A DNA stretch of 64,000 nt. Origin: an uncultured bacterium (GTDB taxonomy: Bacteria; Patescibacteriota; Saccharimonadia; UBA4664). The stretch covers positions 161,350 to 225,349 of the forward strand of contig CAVUEQ010000003.1 of assembly GCA_963740635.1 (NCBI GenBank), written 5' to 3'. Under the pieces are notes generated by a model. It had not been told where the DNA came from, did no database searches, and saw only the letters and a program-made list of their open reading frames with translations. Both the position numbers and the translations under genes were made by a program. This document shows positions 1-7,235 of this stretch, in pieces; the stretch's first letter is position 1; every line of letters starts with the position of its first letter.

Positions 1-70
1 AATAGTTTTTACTTTTAATGGTGGAGTGATCTCGTTCTGCTAACTACGGGATGTAACTTCTAAAAGTGAT

Positions 71-103
71 GGTTCGAAAAATTCGAAATGAGACTTCGGA
101 ACC
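71..103 (-). terminator. Imperfect hairpin just downstream of the atpG stop
   Basis: GGTTCGAA ... TTCGGAACC arms. On the minus strand it is followed by ATCACTTTTAG. The 119 nt after atpG are AT-rich and non-coding. Confidence 0.35.
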
Positions 104-119
104 GGCACTCTGCGCTAGG

Positions 120-980
120 CTAGCCGACGGAGAGGGCGTTCATGGCGTTGACGATTTCCTTGATGCGGTCGTCGGCCTCGCCGCGGCGGGCGCGGTTGTA
201 GGCCATCACGAGCTCAACCTGGAGCTCGCGGGCGCGCTTTTTGGCGGCGGACATGGCGGTGAAGCGGGAGGCGTACTGCGCCAGGCGCGACTCGAGGATG
301 ACCTGCGAGAGCGCGATTTCCATCATGACCGATTCGAGGTAGCGGACGACGTCGTCGACGCTCGGCTCAAACAGGTAGTCGCGGGGGCTGATGATATCGC
401 CGGATTTGGCGGCTTCGGCGCCGGTGGCCAGCGAGCGCACGCGGCCGAGCAGGTCGATGCGGCCGACCTCCTGGACGCTCAGCGACACGTAGCGCTGGAA
501 CCAAACCGTGGGCTGCTTGTAGCCCAGGAGCTCGTCGACGATCGGGGAGACGTCGATGGCCTGGTCGATGTCGGGGAGGCGGAAGTAGCGCTTGATTTTG
601 GCGTGGTTCTGGACGAATTGGGTGGCGCCGTGCGCGCCGATGACGAGCAGGTCGGTGGTATTTGGGTCGATGTTGTCGAGCACGGTGCGGACGATGCGCT
701 GGTCGATGTCGCCGGACAGGCCGCCTTCGGAGGTGAGGGCCAGGAATACGTTGGGTTTGTCGCGCTTGATGGCGCTGTTGCCGGTGAGGCGGTCGTTGGG
801 GTCCACGCGCAGCTGGGTGTAGATTTGCCAGAGCTCGGCGAAGAAGGCCTGGCTGCGGGAGACGCGGTCTTTGATCTTGCCGATGCGCATGGAGGCAATC
901 GATTCGAAAATGCCGGTGAGCTCGGATACGGTGCCGACCTGGCCGGCCTCTTTCGCAACTGACAGCGAGCGGCTACTCAT
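120..980 (-). CDS. atpG: F1 ATP synthase gamma subunit
   Basis: 286-aa ORF with typical gamma N- and C-terminal helices (IASMRIGKI..., ...EIVNAMNAL). ATGA overlap with the atpA stop. Confidence 0.9.
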   Translation of the reverse strand: MSSRSLSVAKEAGQVGTVSELTGIFESIASMRIGKIKDRVSRSQAFFAELWQIYTQLRVDPNDRLTGNSAIKRDKPNVFLALTSEGGLSGDIDQRIVRTVLDNIDPNTTDLLVIGAHGATQFVQNHAKIKRYFRLPDIDQAIDVSPIVDELLGYKQPTVWFQRYVSLSVQEVGRIDLLGRVRSLATGAEAAKSGDIISPRDYLFEPSVDDVVRYLESVMMEIALSQVILESRLAQYASRFTAMSAAKKRARELQVELVMAYNRARRGEADDRIKEIVNAMNALSVG

Positions 981-2548
981 GGCTTGGACTCCGCGGTGGC
1001 TGCCGGGACGGCCGGCGCCGGAGCGGGCGCTGCGGCAGGCGGGGCCGCAGGGACGGCGGCGGCCGGGGGTGCGGCCGGGGGTTGGCCGGGCGGTGCACCC
1101 GGGGGCGGGGCAGCGGGCGCGGGCGGGGCGGCTGCTTGGACCGTGACCTCGGCGAGCAGCTTAGTGATGGTCCCCTCCCAGTCGCTATCGGCTGTCATAG
1201 TGGGCGCCAACTCTTTGGCCTTGCGCTTGAGGCTGTCGATGTTGATGGTGATTTTGCCCTCGGTTTTCATGACGGTGCCGAGGATGAGGTCTTGCTCGTT
1301 GCTGGAGTAAATCATGTCGGGCGGCTGCTTCAGAGCCTCGTAAATTTTCTTGCCCAATTCGAGGTCGGCGCGGGACTCGATGGCGAGTTCGGAGCCGAAG
1401 TGCGAGAATTCGGCGGCCTGGCGGTAGGCGGCCAGTTTCTTGAACAGCGCGGCCGTGAGCTTCTTTTGGCGCTTGTCCTGGCCCACGCCACCCACGCGGG
1501 ACACCGACAAGCCCACCGAGATGGCCGGCCGGATGCCGGCGCGGAAGGCCTCGGTGTCGAAGATGAGCTGGCCGTCGGTGATGGACATGATGGAGGTCGG
1601 CAGAGGGGCGGTGATGTCGTTGTTGGGGGTGAGCACGACCGGTATGGAGGCCAGGGAGGCGCCGTTACTTTCGAGCCGGCCGGCGCGCTCGAGCAGGCTG
1701 GAGTGGGCGTAGAACATGTCGCCCGGGAAGCTGGCGCGGCCCGGGGCCACCTTGAGTAAGAGTGAGAGTTCGCGGTAGACCTTGGCGTGGTTAGAGAGGT
1801 CGTCGTAGATGATGACGCCGTCTTTGCCACTGGTCCAGTAATGCTCGGCGATGGTGGCGCCGATGTAGGGCGCCAGGTAGCTCTGGGTGAGGGAGTCGAA
1901 AACGGAGGCCACGATGACGGTGCAGTAACTCATGGCGCCGGTTTCATTGAGCTTGGCGATGAGGCGGTCGACATCGGCCTTGCGCTTGGAGATGAGCACC
2001 TGGACCACAAAGCGGCCGGTGTCTTTTTGGGCCAGGGTGAGCTGCATGGTAAAGGCCGACTTGCCGGTCTTGTTGTCGCCGAGCACGGCAATGCGCTGGC
2101 CTTTCACGAGCGGGAAGAGCTGGTCGGCGATGGCGACGCCGGTGGGCAGCGCCTCGGTGAGGGCACGGCGCTCGATGATGCCGGGCGCCACCTTGAAGAC
2201 CGAATCGTAGTGGCTAAACGTGATGGGGCCCTTGCCGTCGAGCGGGGCGCCCGTGACGCTGATGACCCGGCCCATGAGGGCATCCCCCACCCCGGTCACG
2301 AGCTCTTCGGATTCGATGACGGCCAGCGTCCCGATGGGAATAGTTTCGGCCGACATGTTGAGCACCATGACGGTTTCGGCGCGCACCTCGCGCACAATCC
2401 CCTGGTGGCCGTTGTCGAAATATATGAGGGCGTTGACCGCCACACTCCCGAGGCCCTGCACCGTCACCAGAAAGCGGTCGACGCCTACGACTTCGCCGGT
2501 GGGGCGGCCGTCCGCCACGAGTTTGGCGAATTTGGGGTTATCAAACAC
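977..2548 (-). CDS. atpA: F1 ATP synthase alpha subunit with a Pro/Ala-rich C-terminal tail of about 55 aa
   Basis: Conserved alpha core with P-loop GDNKTGKS. The C-terminus is APPAPAAPPPGAPPGQPPAAPP... Confidence 0.95.
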   Translation of the reverse strand: MFDNPKFAKLVADGRPTGEVVGVDRFLVTVQGLGSVAVNALIYFDNGHQGIVREVRAETVMVLNMSAETIPIGTLAVIESEELVTGVGDALMGRVISVTGAPLDGKGPITFSHYDSVFKVAPGIIERRALTEALPTGVAIADQLFPLVKGQRIAVLGDNKTGKSAFTMQLTLAQKDTGRFVVQVLISKRKADVDRLIAKLNETGAMSYCTVIVASVFDSLTQSYLAPYIGATIAEHYWTSGKDGVIIYDDLSNHAKVYRELSLLLKVAPGRASFPGDMFYAHSSLLERAGRLESNGASLASIPVVLTPNNDITAPLPTSIMSITDGQLIFDTEAFRAGIRPAISVGLSVSRVGGVGQDKRQKKLTAALFKKLAAYRQAAEFSHFGSELAIESRADLELGKKIYEALKQPPDMIYSSNEQDLILGTVMKTEGKITINIDSLKRKAKELAPTMTADSDWEGTITKLLAEVTVQAAAPPAPAAPPPGAPPGQPPAAPPAAAVPAAPPAAAPAPAPAVPAATAESKP

Positions 2549-3128
2549 GCTTCAATATCTCCGCTAGCTTGGCGCGGCCCGCTACCAGCTGCTGCTTCCA
2601 GGTATAGTCAAACACGCGGTTGGGCGTGCGCACAACCAAGCCGCCGCCCAGGTTACGGTCGGCCACAAAGGACACCAGGAGATGGGGCGTAACATTAGTG
2701 CGGAACCAACTCACCAGAGCTTCGCGCTGCGGACGGTTGGGCAAGGCGGCCAGCATGAGGTGGACTTCGGGGAGTTTGAGGTGGCGGAGGTGCTCGAGCA
2801 GGGCATCGAGAGACTCGAGCGTGGCTGGCTTGCCGGCCAGCCAGGCCTCGATCACGAGTACGGTCTCGGCGGAGTGGCCGGGTTCGTCTTTGGCGTGAGC
2901 GCCAACGGTTTTGCGGATCTGGTTTTGACGGACCCAGTCGAGGTAAAACTGGATGTCGTAGATGACCGACTCAAGCAACGCGGGGCTGTAGACGGCCGGT
3001 GGAAGATCGAATTCTGGGGCGGGCTGGGGCTCGCCGGCGGCCGGGGGGGCCGGGGCCGGCTGGGGCGGCTGGGGCGGCTGGGCCGGCTGGGCCGGCTGCG
3101 ACTGAGGCTGGGGGGTCTCAGACGCCAT
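2541..3128 (-). CDS. atpH: ATP synthase delta (OSCP)-like subunit with a Pro/Gln-rich N-terminal tail
   Basis: The C-terminal part is OSCP-like (NLGGGLVVRTPNRVFDYT). It lies between b and alpha. The N-terminus is QPQSQPAQPAQPPQPPQPAP. Confidence 0.6.
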   Translation of the reverse strand: MASETPQPQSQPAQPAQPPQPPQPAPAPPAAGEPQPAPEFDLPPAVYSPALLESVIYDIQFYLDWVRQNQIRKTVGAHAKDEPGHSAETVLVIEAWLAGKPATLESLDALLEHLRHLKLPEVHLMLAALPNRPQREALVSWFRTNVTPHLLVSFVADRNLGGGLVVRTPNRVFDYTWKQQLVAGRAKLAEILKRV

Positions 3129-3711
3129 TGAGCAGGTCCTTCCGGATTTCTTCCTTGTGCTTTTCGAGGCTGGTCAGAATGAATTGCATTTGGGCGCCGA
3201 GATCCACGCCGCTGCCGAGCGACTCCGAGATGTAGCTGGAGACAACGTCGCCGATTTTGGCGTCGAATTTGTCGGCCAGGTGCTTTTTCTCTCCCGCCAG
3301 TTCCGCCTCCATGCCCTCCCGCAATTCGATGCGCTGGTGCTCGACTGCTTGGTGGATTTGCTCCATCGCCTGGGTTGCTACCTGCCGCACTTCTTCGAGC
3401 GTTTTCTGGTAGGCTTCGAGCTCCTCCTCGATCACCTGGGTGGTGAGGCGCGAGACCTGCTCGCTGAGACGGGTGGAGGTGGCCTTGAGGTCGGTGCCGA
3501 AGGTCTGGGTGGCCTCGCCGATCTTGGCTTCGTAGGCAGCTTTGAGCTTGGCCTCGAGCTCGGCCGCGGTGGGCTCGGTGACCCCCACGGGTTTGGTCTT
3601 GGCGGCGGTGGCCGCGGCCTTCCCGGCCCGGCTGAGTTGCAGGCCCTGGACGATTACTACCACCACCAGGACCAAAACGACGGCTGCTAATATGATAATC
3701 TGCACGTTCAC
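3118..3711 (-). CDS. atpF: ATP synthase b-like subunit (one N-terminal TM plus a long coiled coil)
   Basis: GTG start in a GTGA overlap with the upstream gene. TM helix IIILAAVVLVLVVVVIV followed by a charged helical region. Its position in the operon supports the call. Confidence 0.55.
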   Translation of the reverse strand: MNVQIIILAAVVLVLVVVVIVQGLQLSRAGKAAATAAKTKPVGVTEPTAAELEAKLKAAYEAKIGEATQTFGTDLKATSTRLSEQVSRLTTQVIEEELEAYQKTLEEVRQVATQAMEQIHQAVEHQRIELREGMEAELAGEKKHLADKFDAKIGDVVSSYISESLGSGVDLGAQMQFILTSLEKHKEEIRKDLLNGV

Positions 3712-4529
3712 CTCGCTATCACCAGATACATTGATACGGCTGTGACGGCTAGAATCACCATCGCGAAGGCACCGATGGTGAGCATGCCTTGGAGCACACC
3801 CTTTTTCGACAACGGATTGCGGCCGATGGAGATGATGCTGTTGCGGACCGCCGAGTACAGCAAAACACTAATGCTAATAATGGCCACAATGAGTATCGCC
3901 CCGGCAATAATAATGCGGATTGGCGATACGGCCTTACCGGCCAGGGTGTTGGACAAGTTTTGGAGCCAGTTGGGTACCACATACTGCTGTTTGCCGTTGG
4001 TGGCCGTGTAGCTGGAGACCGCCACAACCACCGGGATTTGGCCGATGGCAACCTCTTTTTTGCCGGTGCCGTCGTCGATACTGCGCTTGGTGACGTTGTC
4101 GGACCCGGCGTTGAAATCGGCCTGGGCCGTGCCGATGACACGGGTGCTCGAGGCGCCGACTTTTTGGCCGACGCCGGCGATGGACGACACCGAAATGTAG
4201 TCGCCCACGTGGATATCGCCGCCGGAGGTACTCACTAGCACGTCGGCGCTGCCGCTAACCGCTACCTGGACCTGGCCGCTGCCGCTGCCGGACAGCGAGA
4301 TGGAGGCCGCTGTGGGCGCTACCACCACGCCAAACAGGCGCCCGGCGTTGGTGAGGTCGGCCGCCACCACAGTGCCGCTGGATTTGGGATCAAGCGCCAC
4401 CAAGCTGCCGGTAGCTATCGGCGACGTGGTGGCGTAGCCCTGCGACAGGCTGGCGCTAGCGGGCGCGGCCGCGAACAGCGCCAGCGCGGCGGCGGCCGCA
4501 AGCCCCTTGATTCTGTGCCGTAAGATCAC
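3708..4529 (-). CDS. Secreted-domain protein with a C-terminal two-helix hairpin, sitting in the atpE position
   Basis: Signal peptide ends ...APASA/SL. A Gly/Ser/Val-rich domain of about 195 aa follows. The C-terminus is two TM helices joined by the loop SIGRNPLSKKG. Translationally coupled to atpF. Confidence 0.8.
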   Translation of the reverse strand: MILRHRIKGLAAAAALALFAAAPASASLSQGYATTSPIATGSLVALDPKSSGTVVAADLTNAGRLFGVVVAPTAASISLSGSGSGQVQVAVSGSADVLVSTSGGDIHVGDYISVSSIAGVGQKVGASSTRVIGTAQADFNAGSDNVTKRSIDDGTGKKEVAIGQIPVVVAVSSYTATNGKQQYVVPNWLQNLSNTLAGKAVSPIRIIIAGAILIVAIISISVLLYSAVRNSIISIGRNPLSKKGVLQGMLTIGAFAMVILAVTAVSMYLVIAR

Positions 4530-4551
4530 GTGCGTTTGGCTCTCCTCACAT

Positions 4552-4590
4552 CCACCTCTAAAAAGTCACTCTGAAAAGTCACCTCTATAG
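4552..4590 (-). repeat. Tandem AGAG(G)TGACTTTT repeats in the atp operon leader
   Basis: The minus strand reads AGAGGTGACTTTTCAGAGTGACTTTTTAGAGGTGGA. It lies between TATAAT (4599..4604) and the SD GAGGAGAG. Confidence 0.5.
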
Positions 4591-4727
4591 TGGTTATGAT
4601 TATATCTCCCTTGCGCCTCCAAGCCAAGCGGTTTTCAGCCGAATTTCAAGATTAGAAGCACTAGACACCCACAGACGGCTAATGTAACATAGCTCTAACG
4701 CTAAGTTTAGGTGGAGATAAATTTCGT

Positions 4728-5237
4728 ATGGATGTTAGACAGCAAAGACAAGCAGGCGATAACGGCCTGGCCGAAATGCCGGTAGCGCACAGAGGTGGAT
4801 CGGGCGGAGGCGGAATGCTGAGCAAAGTCCTGGCAGTTCTGCTCGTGATTGTAGCTGTCGTCCTGCTGGCGTGGTTTGCCAACCGGGCTTGGGGTTCACT
4901 GGCCGCTGACACCGCGGTAAAGGGCAAGCAGTACCAGGCGCTGTTTTTGACCAACGGACAGGTGTACTTCGGCAAAGTTTCGCATGTGGACTCGAGCTAC
5001 GTGAAGCTGACTGACATTTACTACCTGCAAGTTCAGCAGACGGTGCAGCCCAAAGACCAAAGTGCGGCGAACGCCAACAACCAGCAGGTCTCCCTGGCCA
5101 AGCTAGGCGGCGAACTGCACGGTCCTGAGGATGTGATGTACGTGAGCCGGCAGCAGGTCCTGTTCTGGGAGAACCTCAAGAGCGACGGCAAAGTCGCCAA
5201 GGCCATCTCCGACTATAAGGCCCAGGGCAACAAATAA
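4728..5237 (+). CDS. Membrane-anchored hypothetical protein
   Basis: SD GGTGGAG lies upstream. One TM helix (VLAVLLVIVAVVLLAWF) precedes a soluble domain. A terminator follows. Confidence 0.75.
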   Translation: MDVRQQRQAGDNGLAEMPVAHRGGSGGGGMLSKVLAVLLVIVAVVLLAWFANRAWGSLAADTAVKGKQYQALFLTNGQVYFGKVSHVDSSYVKLTDIYYLQVQQTVQPKDQSAANANNQQVSLAKLGGELHGPEDVMYVSRQQVLFWENLKSDGKVAKAISDYKAQGNK

Positions 5238-5262
5238 CCCGAGCCTGAAACTCACCAAAATT

Positions 5263-5289
5263 AAAAAGAGCCCCGGCGGGGCTCTTTTT
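5263..5289. terminator. Bidirectional intrinsic terminator
   Basis: AAAAAGAGCCCC-GGC-GGGGCTCTTTTT between convergent genes. Confidence 0.85.
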
Positions 5290-5299
5290 AATGCGCGGA

Positions 5300-5587
5300 C
5301 TAGGCAGCGAGCGGGCGCTCGGTCTTGGGGCGCGCCTCAGAGACGGTCAGCTTGCGGCCGTCCAGCTCGGCGCCGTCGCCCTGGGCGATCGCGGCGTCGG
5401 CTTCCTCGTCGTTGGCCATCTCGACAAAGCCGAAGCCCTTAGAGCGGCCGGTGGCGCGGTCCATGATGACGGCGGCGGACAAAACCTCACCGTACTGAGC
5501 GAAGAACTCTCCGAGATCTTCATTGGTAGTTGTATACGGCAGGTTGCCGACGAACAATTTCTTGGCCACTTTTACTTGGCTCTCCAC
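5300..5587 (-). CDS. RRM-type RNA-binding protein
   Basis: RNP motifs KLFVGNL and KGFGFVEM. The start may be the GTG at 5569 (VAKKLFVGNL), which has GGAGAG upstream. Confidence 0.9.
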   Translation of the reverse strand: MESQVKVAKKLFVGNLPYTTTNEDLGEFFAQYGEVLSAAVIMDRATGRSKGFGFVEMANDEEADAAIAQGDGAELDGRKLTVSEARPKTERPLAA

Positions 5588-5789
5588 TTACATCGCCAAG
5601 CCAACAAATCCCATACGCTGCGCATTTCTGCGTCAGACCTTTACGCTCCTCACTCAACGTAGGCGGTTCTACGCCTCGTTCCGGTGCGCAGCTCTTCCTT
5701 GAACTGCATCAGTGTATGGGATTTGTGAAAGAAGCCGGGACGATTATTCCGCCTTCGGGGCGGATTAACTTTTACGCGAGCATTATAGC

Positions 5790-6404
5790 CTACTCCGGCT
5801 GGTCTGTAAATGTTACGGCGCGGTACCAAGGCGTAAACGTGAGCAACGCGAATGCCAGGATGAGGTAGAGTTGGACGGCCAGGCCGGCCACCGCCGCGAT
5901 GGCCTGGAGCACGTCAGCGGCGGTGCTGGCGCCAAAAACCGGCGCCGACAGGCTGAGCCATAGAGCGATACCGGGCTTAAGCAGCAGCAACGCGCCGCCC
6001 AGAAGCACCGCCCCGGCCGCTTTCAGGCCCATGGTCTCGAACGGGCCGCGCCAGTGGCCGCGGTTGGTGTATTGGGTTTCGAGCGTGACTTCGTTGCGGG
6101 CCTCGATGAGTATATTGTAGGCGCCCCAACAGATAATGTAGGCGATGAGGCCGACCGCCGCCCAGAAGGTCACCAGGGCCGCCGACGAGGCGATCTGGGA
6201 GGTGAGCACGGCCGAAAACCGCTCGTGGAATTGGTCGCGGGTGGCGTTGAGGGCGGCGTCGCCGATGCCCAGGCGGGTCAGCACCTGGCTCCATTGCGCG
6301 CCGATGATGAGCACCAGTGAAGCCATGAGCGACATGACCACCTGCGCTTTGGTGGGCAGGGCGACAGAGGCCAAGCGGCGGCCAAATGATACCGGCACGC
6401 TCAC
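5790..6404 (-). CDS. Multi-pass membrane protein, hypothetical
   Basis: Several TM helices. I place the start at the GTG in a GTGA overlap with the upstream stop. The longer ORF-track N-terminus overlaps the upstream gene. Confidence 0.6.
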   Translation of the reverse strand: MSVPVSFGRRLASVALPTKAQVVMSLMASLVLIIGAQWSQVLTRLGIGDAALNATRDQFHERFSAVLTSQIASSAALVTFWAAVGLIAYIICWGAYNILIEARNEVTLETQYTNRGHWRGPFETMGLKAAGAVLLGGALLLLKPGIALWLSLSAPVFGASTAADVLQAIAAVAGLAVQLYLILAFALLTFTPWYRAVTFTDQPE

Positions 6405-6937
6405 GTTCGCCTCCTCGCCGGGCGGCCAAGCAGGCCGGCCATCACCAGCGCCACCAAAGCGCCCAGCAGCAAGGCGCCGGCCAGGTCGGGGGTCCAAAAC
6501 GGGGCGGTCAGCGTCTTTTTGTAGTCGGCCAGGTTCGGCGCCGGGACGTTGGTGGGGGCCGGAACGTTGGTGAGGTGCGTGGCCAGATAAGCCTGGTTGC
6601 ATTTGGCCTGGGTGATGGAATCGCTTTTGCCGGCGCAAGCGGCCTGGGCGGCAGCGTAGATCTGGGAGTTGGCATTCACGGCGGCAGCCGCGGCTAAGGC
6701 GGCGGCGGTGGCCCGGTCGTAGCTGCCATGCAGCGTGTAGCTCACTGATGCGCCCATGTGGGCGTTTACAAACTGCTTGAGGGTATTTTGCGCCGCGTTG
6801 GTGTCGGTGCTCAAGGTGTCGGCCTGTACCACCTTGTCGGCCTGGGAGCGGGCCTCGCGGGCATTGGCGGCTCGCAGTGACATTCCGGCGACGGCTAGAG
6901 CGATGGCGGCAATTACATACAGGATACGCTTAGGCAT
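6401..6937 (-). CDS. Membrane-anchored hypothetical protein (N- and C-terminal TM)
   Basis: Start is MPKRILYVIAAIALAV at ATG 6937, preceded by TATAAT-N6. The ORF-track N-terminal extension overlaps the divergent gene. Confidence 0.65.
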   Translation of the reverse strand: MPKRILYVIAAIALAVAGMSLRAANAREARSQADKVVQADTLSTDTNAAQNTLKQFVNAHMGASVSYTLHGSYDRATAAALAAAAAVNANSQIYAAAQAACAGKSDSITQAKCNQAYLATHLTNVPAPTNVPAPNLADYKKTLTAPFWTPDLAGALLLGALVALVMAGLLGRPARRRT

Positions 6938-6974
6938 AGCGCTATTATACCCCGTGTCGCGGTACAATGGGATT

Positions 6975-7235
6975 ATGTCTGTGGTGAGCAAACCGGCGGT
7001 GACGCTGATAGGCGGAATTTTGGTGCTGGCCGGGGCGGTGATGCTCGTGACACCCGGCCCCGGCTTGCTGGTGATCGCGGCGGGGCTGGCGGTATGGGCG
7101 CGGGAGTACGACTGGGCGAAGGGCATGCTGAGGCGGGCGCGCGAGCGGATTGAGGCGGCCCGGGCCAGGGTAGTTAATAAACCCGAGAAGCAGGGCGCAC
7201 CGGACAAGGGCCAGAAGCCCCCGGCGGGCAACTAG
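6975..7235 (+). CDS. PGPGW-type small membrane protein
   Basis: Motif LVTPGPGLLVIAAGLAVWAREYDWA. ATG 6975 is preceded by TACAAT-N6. Confidence 0.7.
   Translation: MSVVSKPAVTLIGGILVLAGAVMLVTPGPGLLVIAAGLAVWAREYDWAKGMLRRARERIEAARARVVNKPEKQGAPDKGQKPPAGN

Noticed and set aside
66-2692. Long plus-strand ORFs (66..962, 1082..1759, 1787..2692 and others) antisense to the atp genes
   Set aside because: The minus-strand ORFs are clearly atpG and atpA. The antisense products are Gly/Ala/Arg/Asp-rich low-complexity sequence, typical of stop-poor antisense frames in GC-rich DNA.
3040-3110. Tandem GGCTGGGSC 9-mers that could look like a repeat array
   Set aside because: They are in frame within atpH and encode the PQ/PA low-complexity tail. 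There are no spacers, so this is not a CRISPR or regulatory array.
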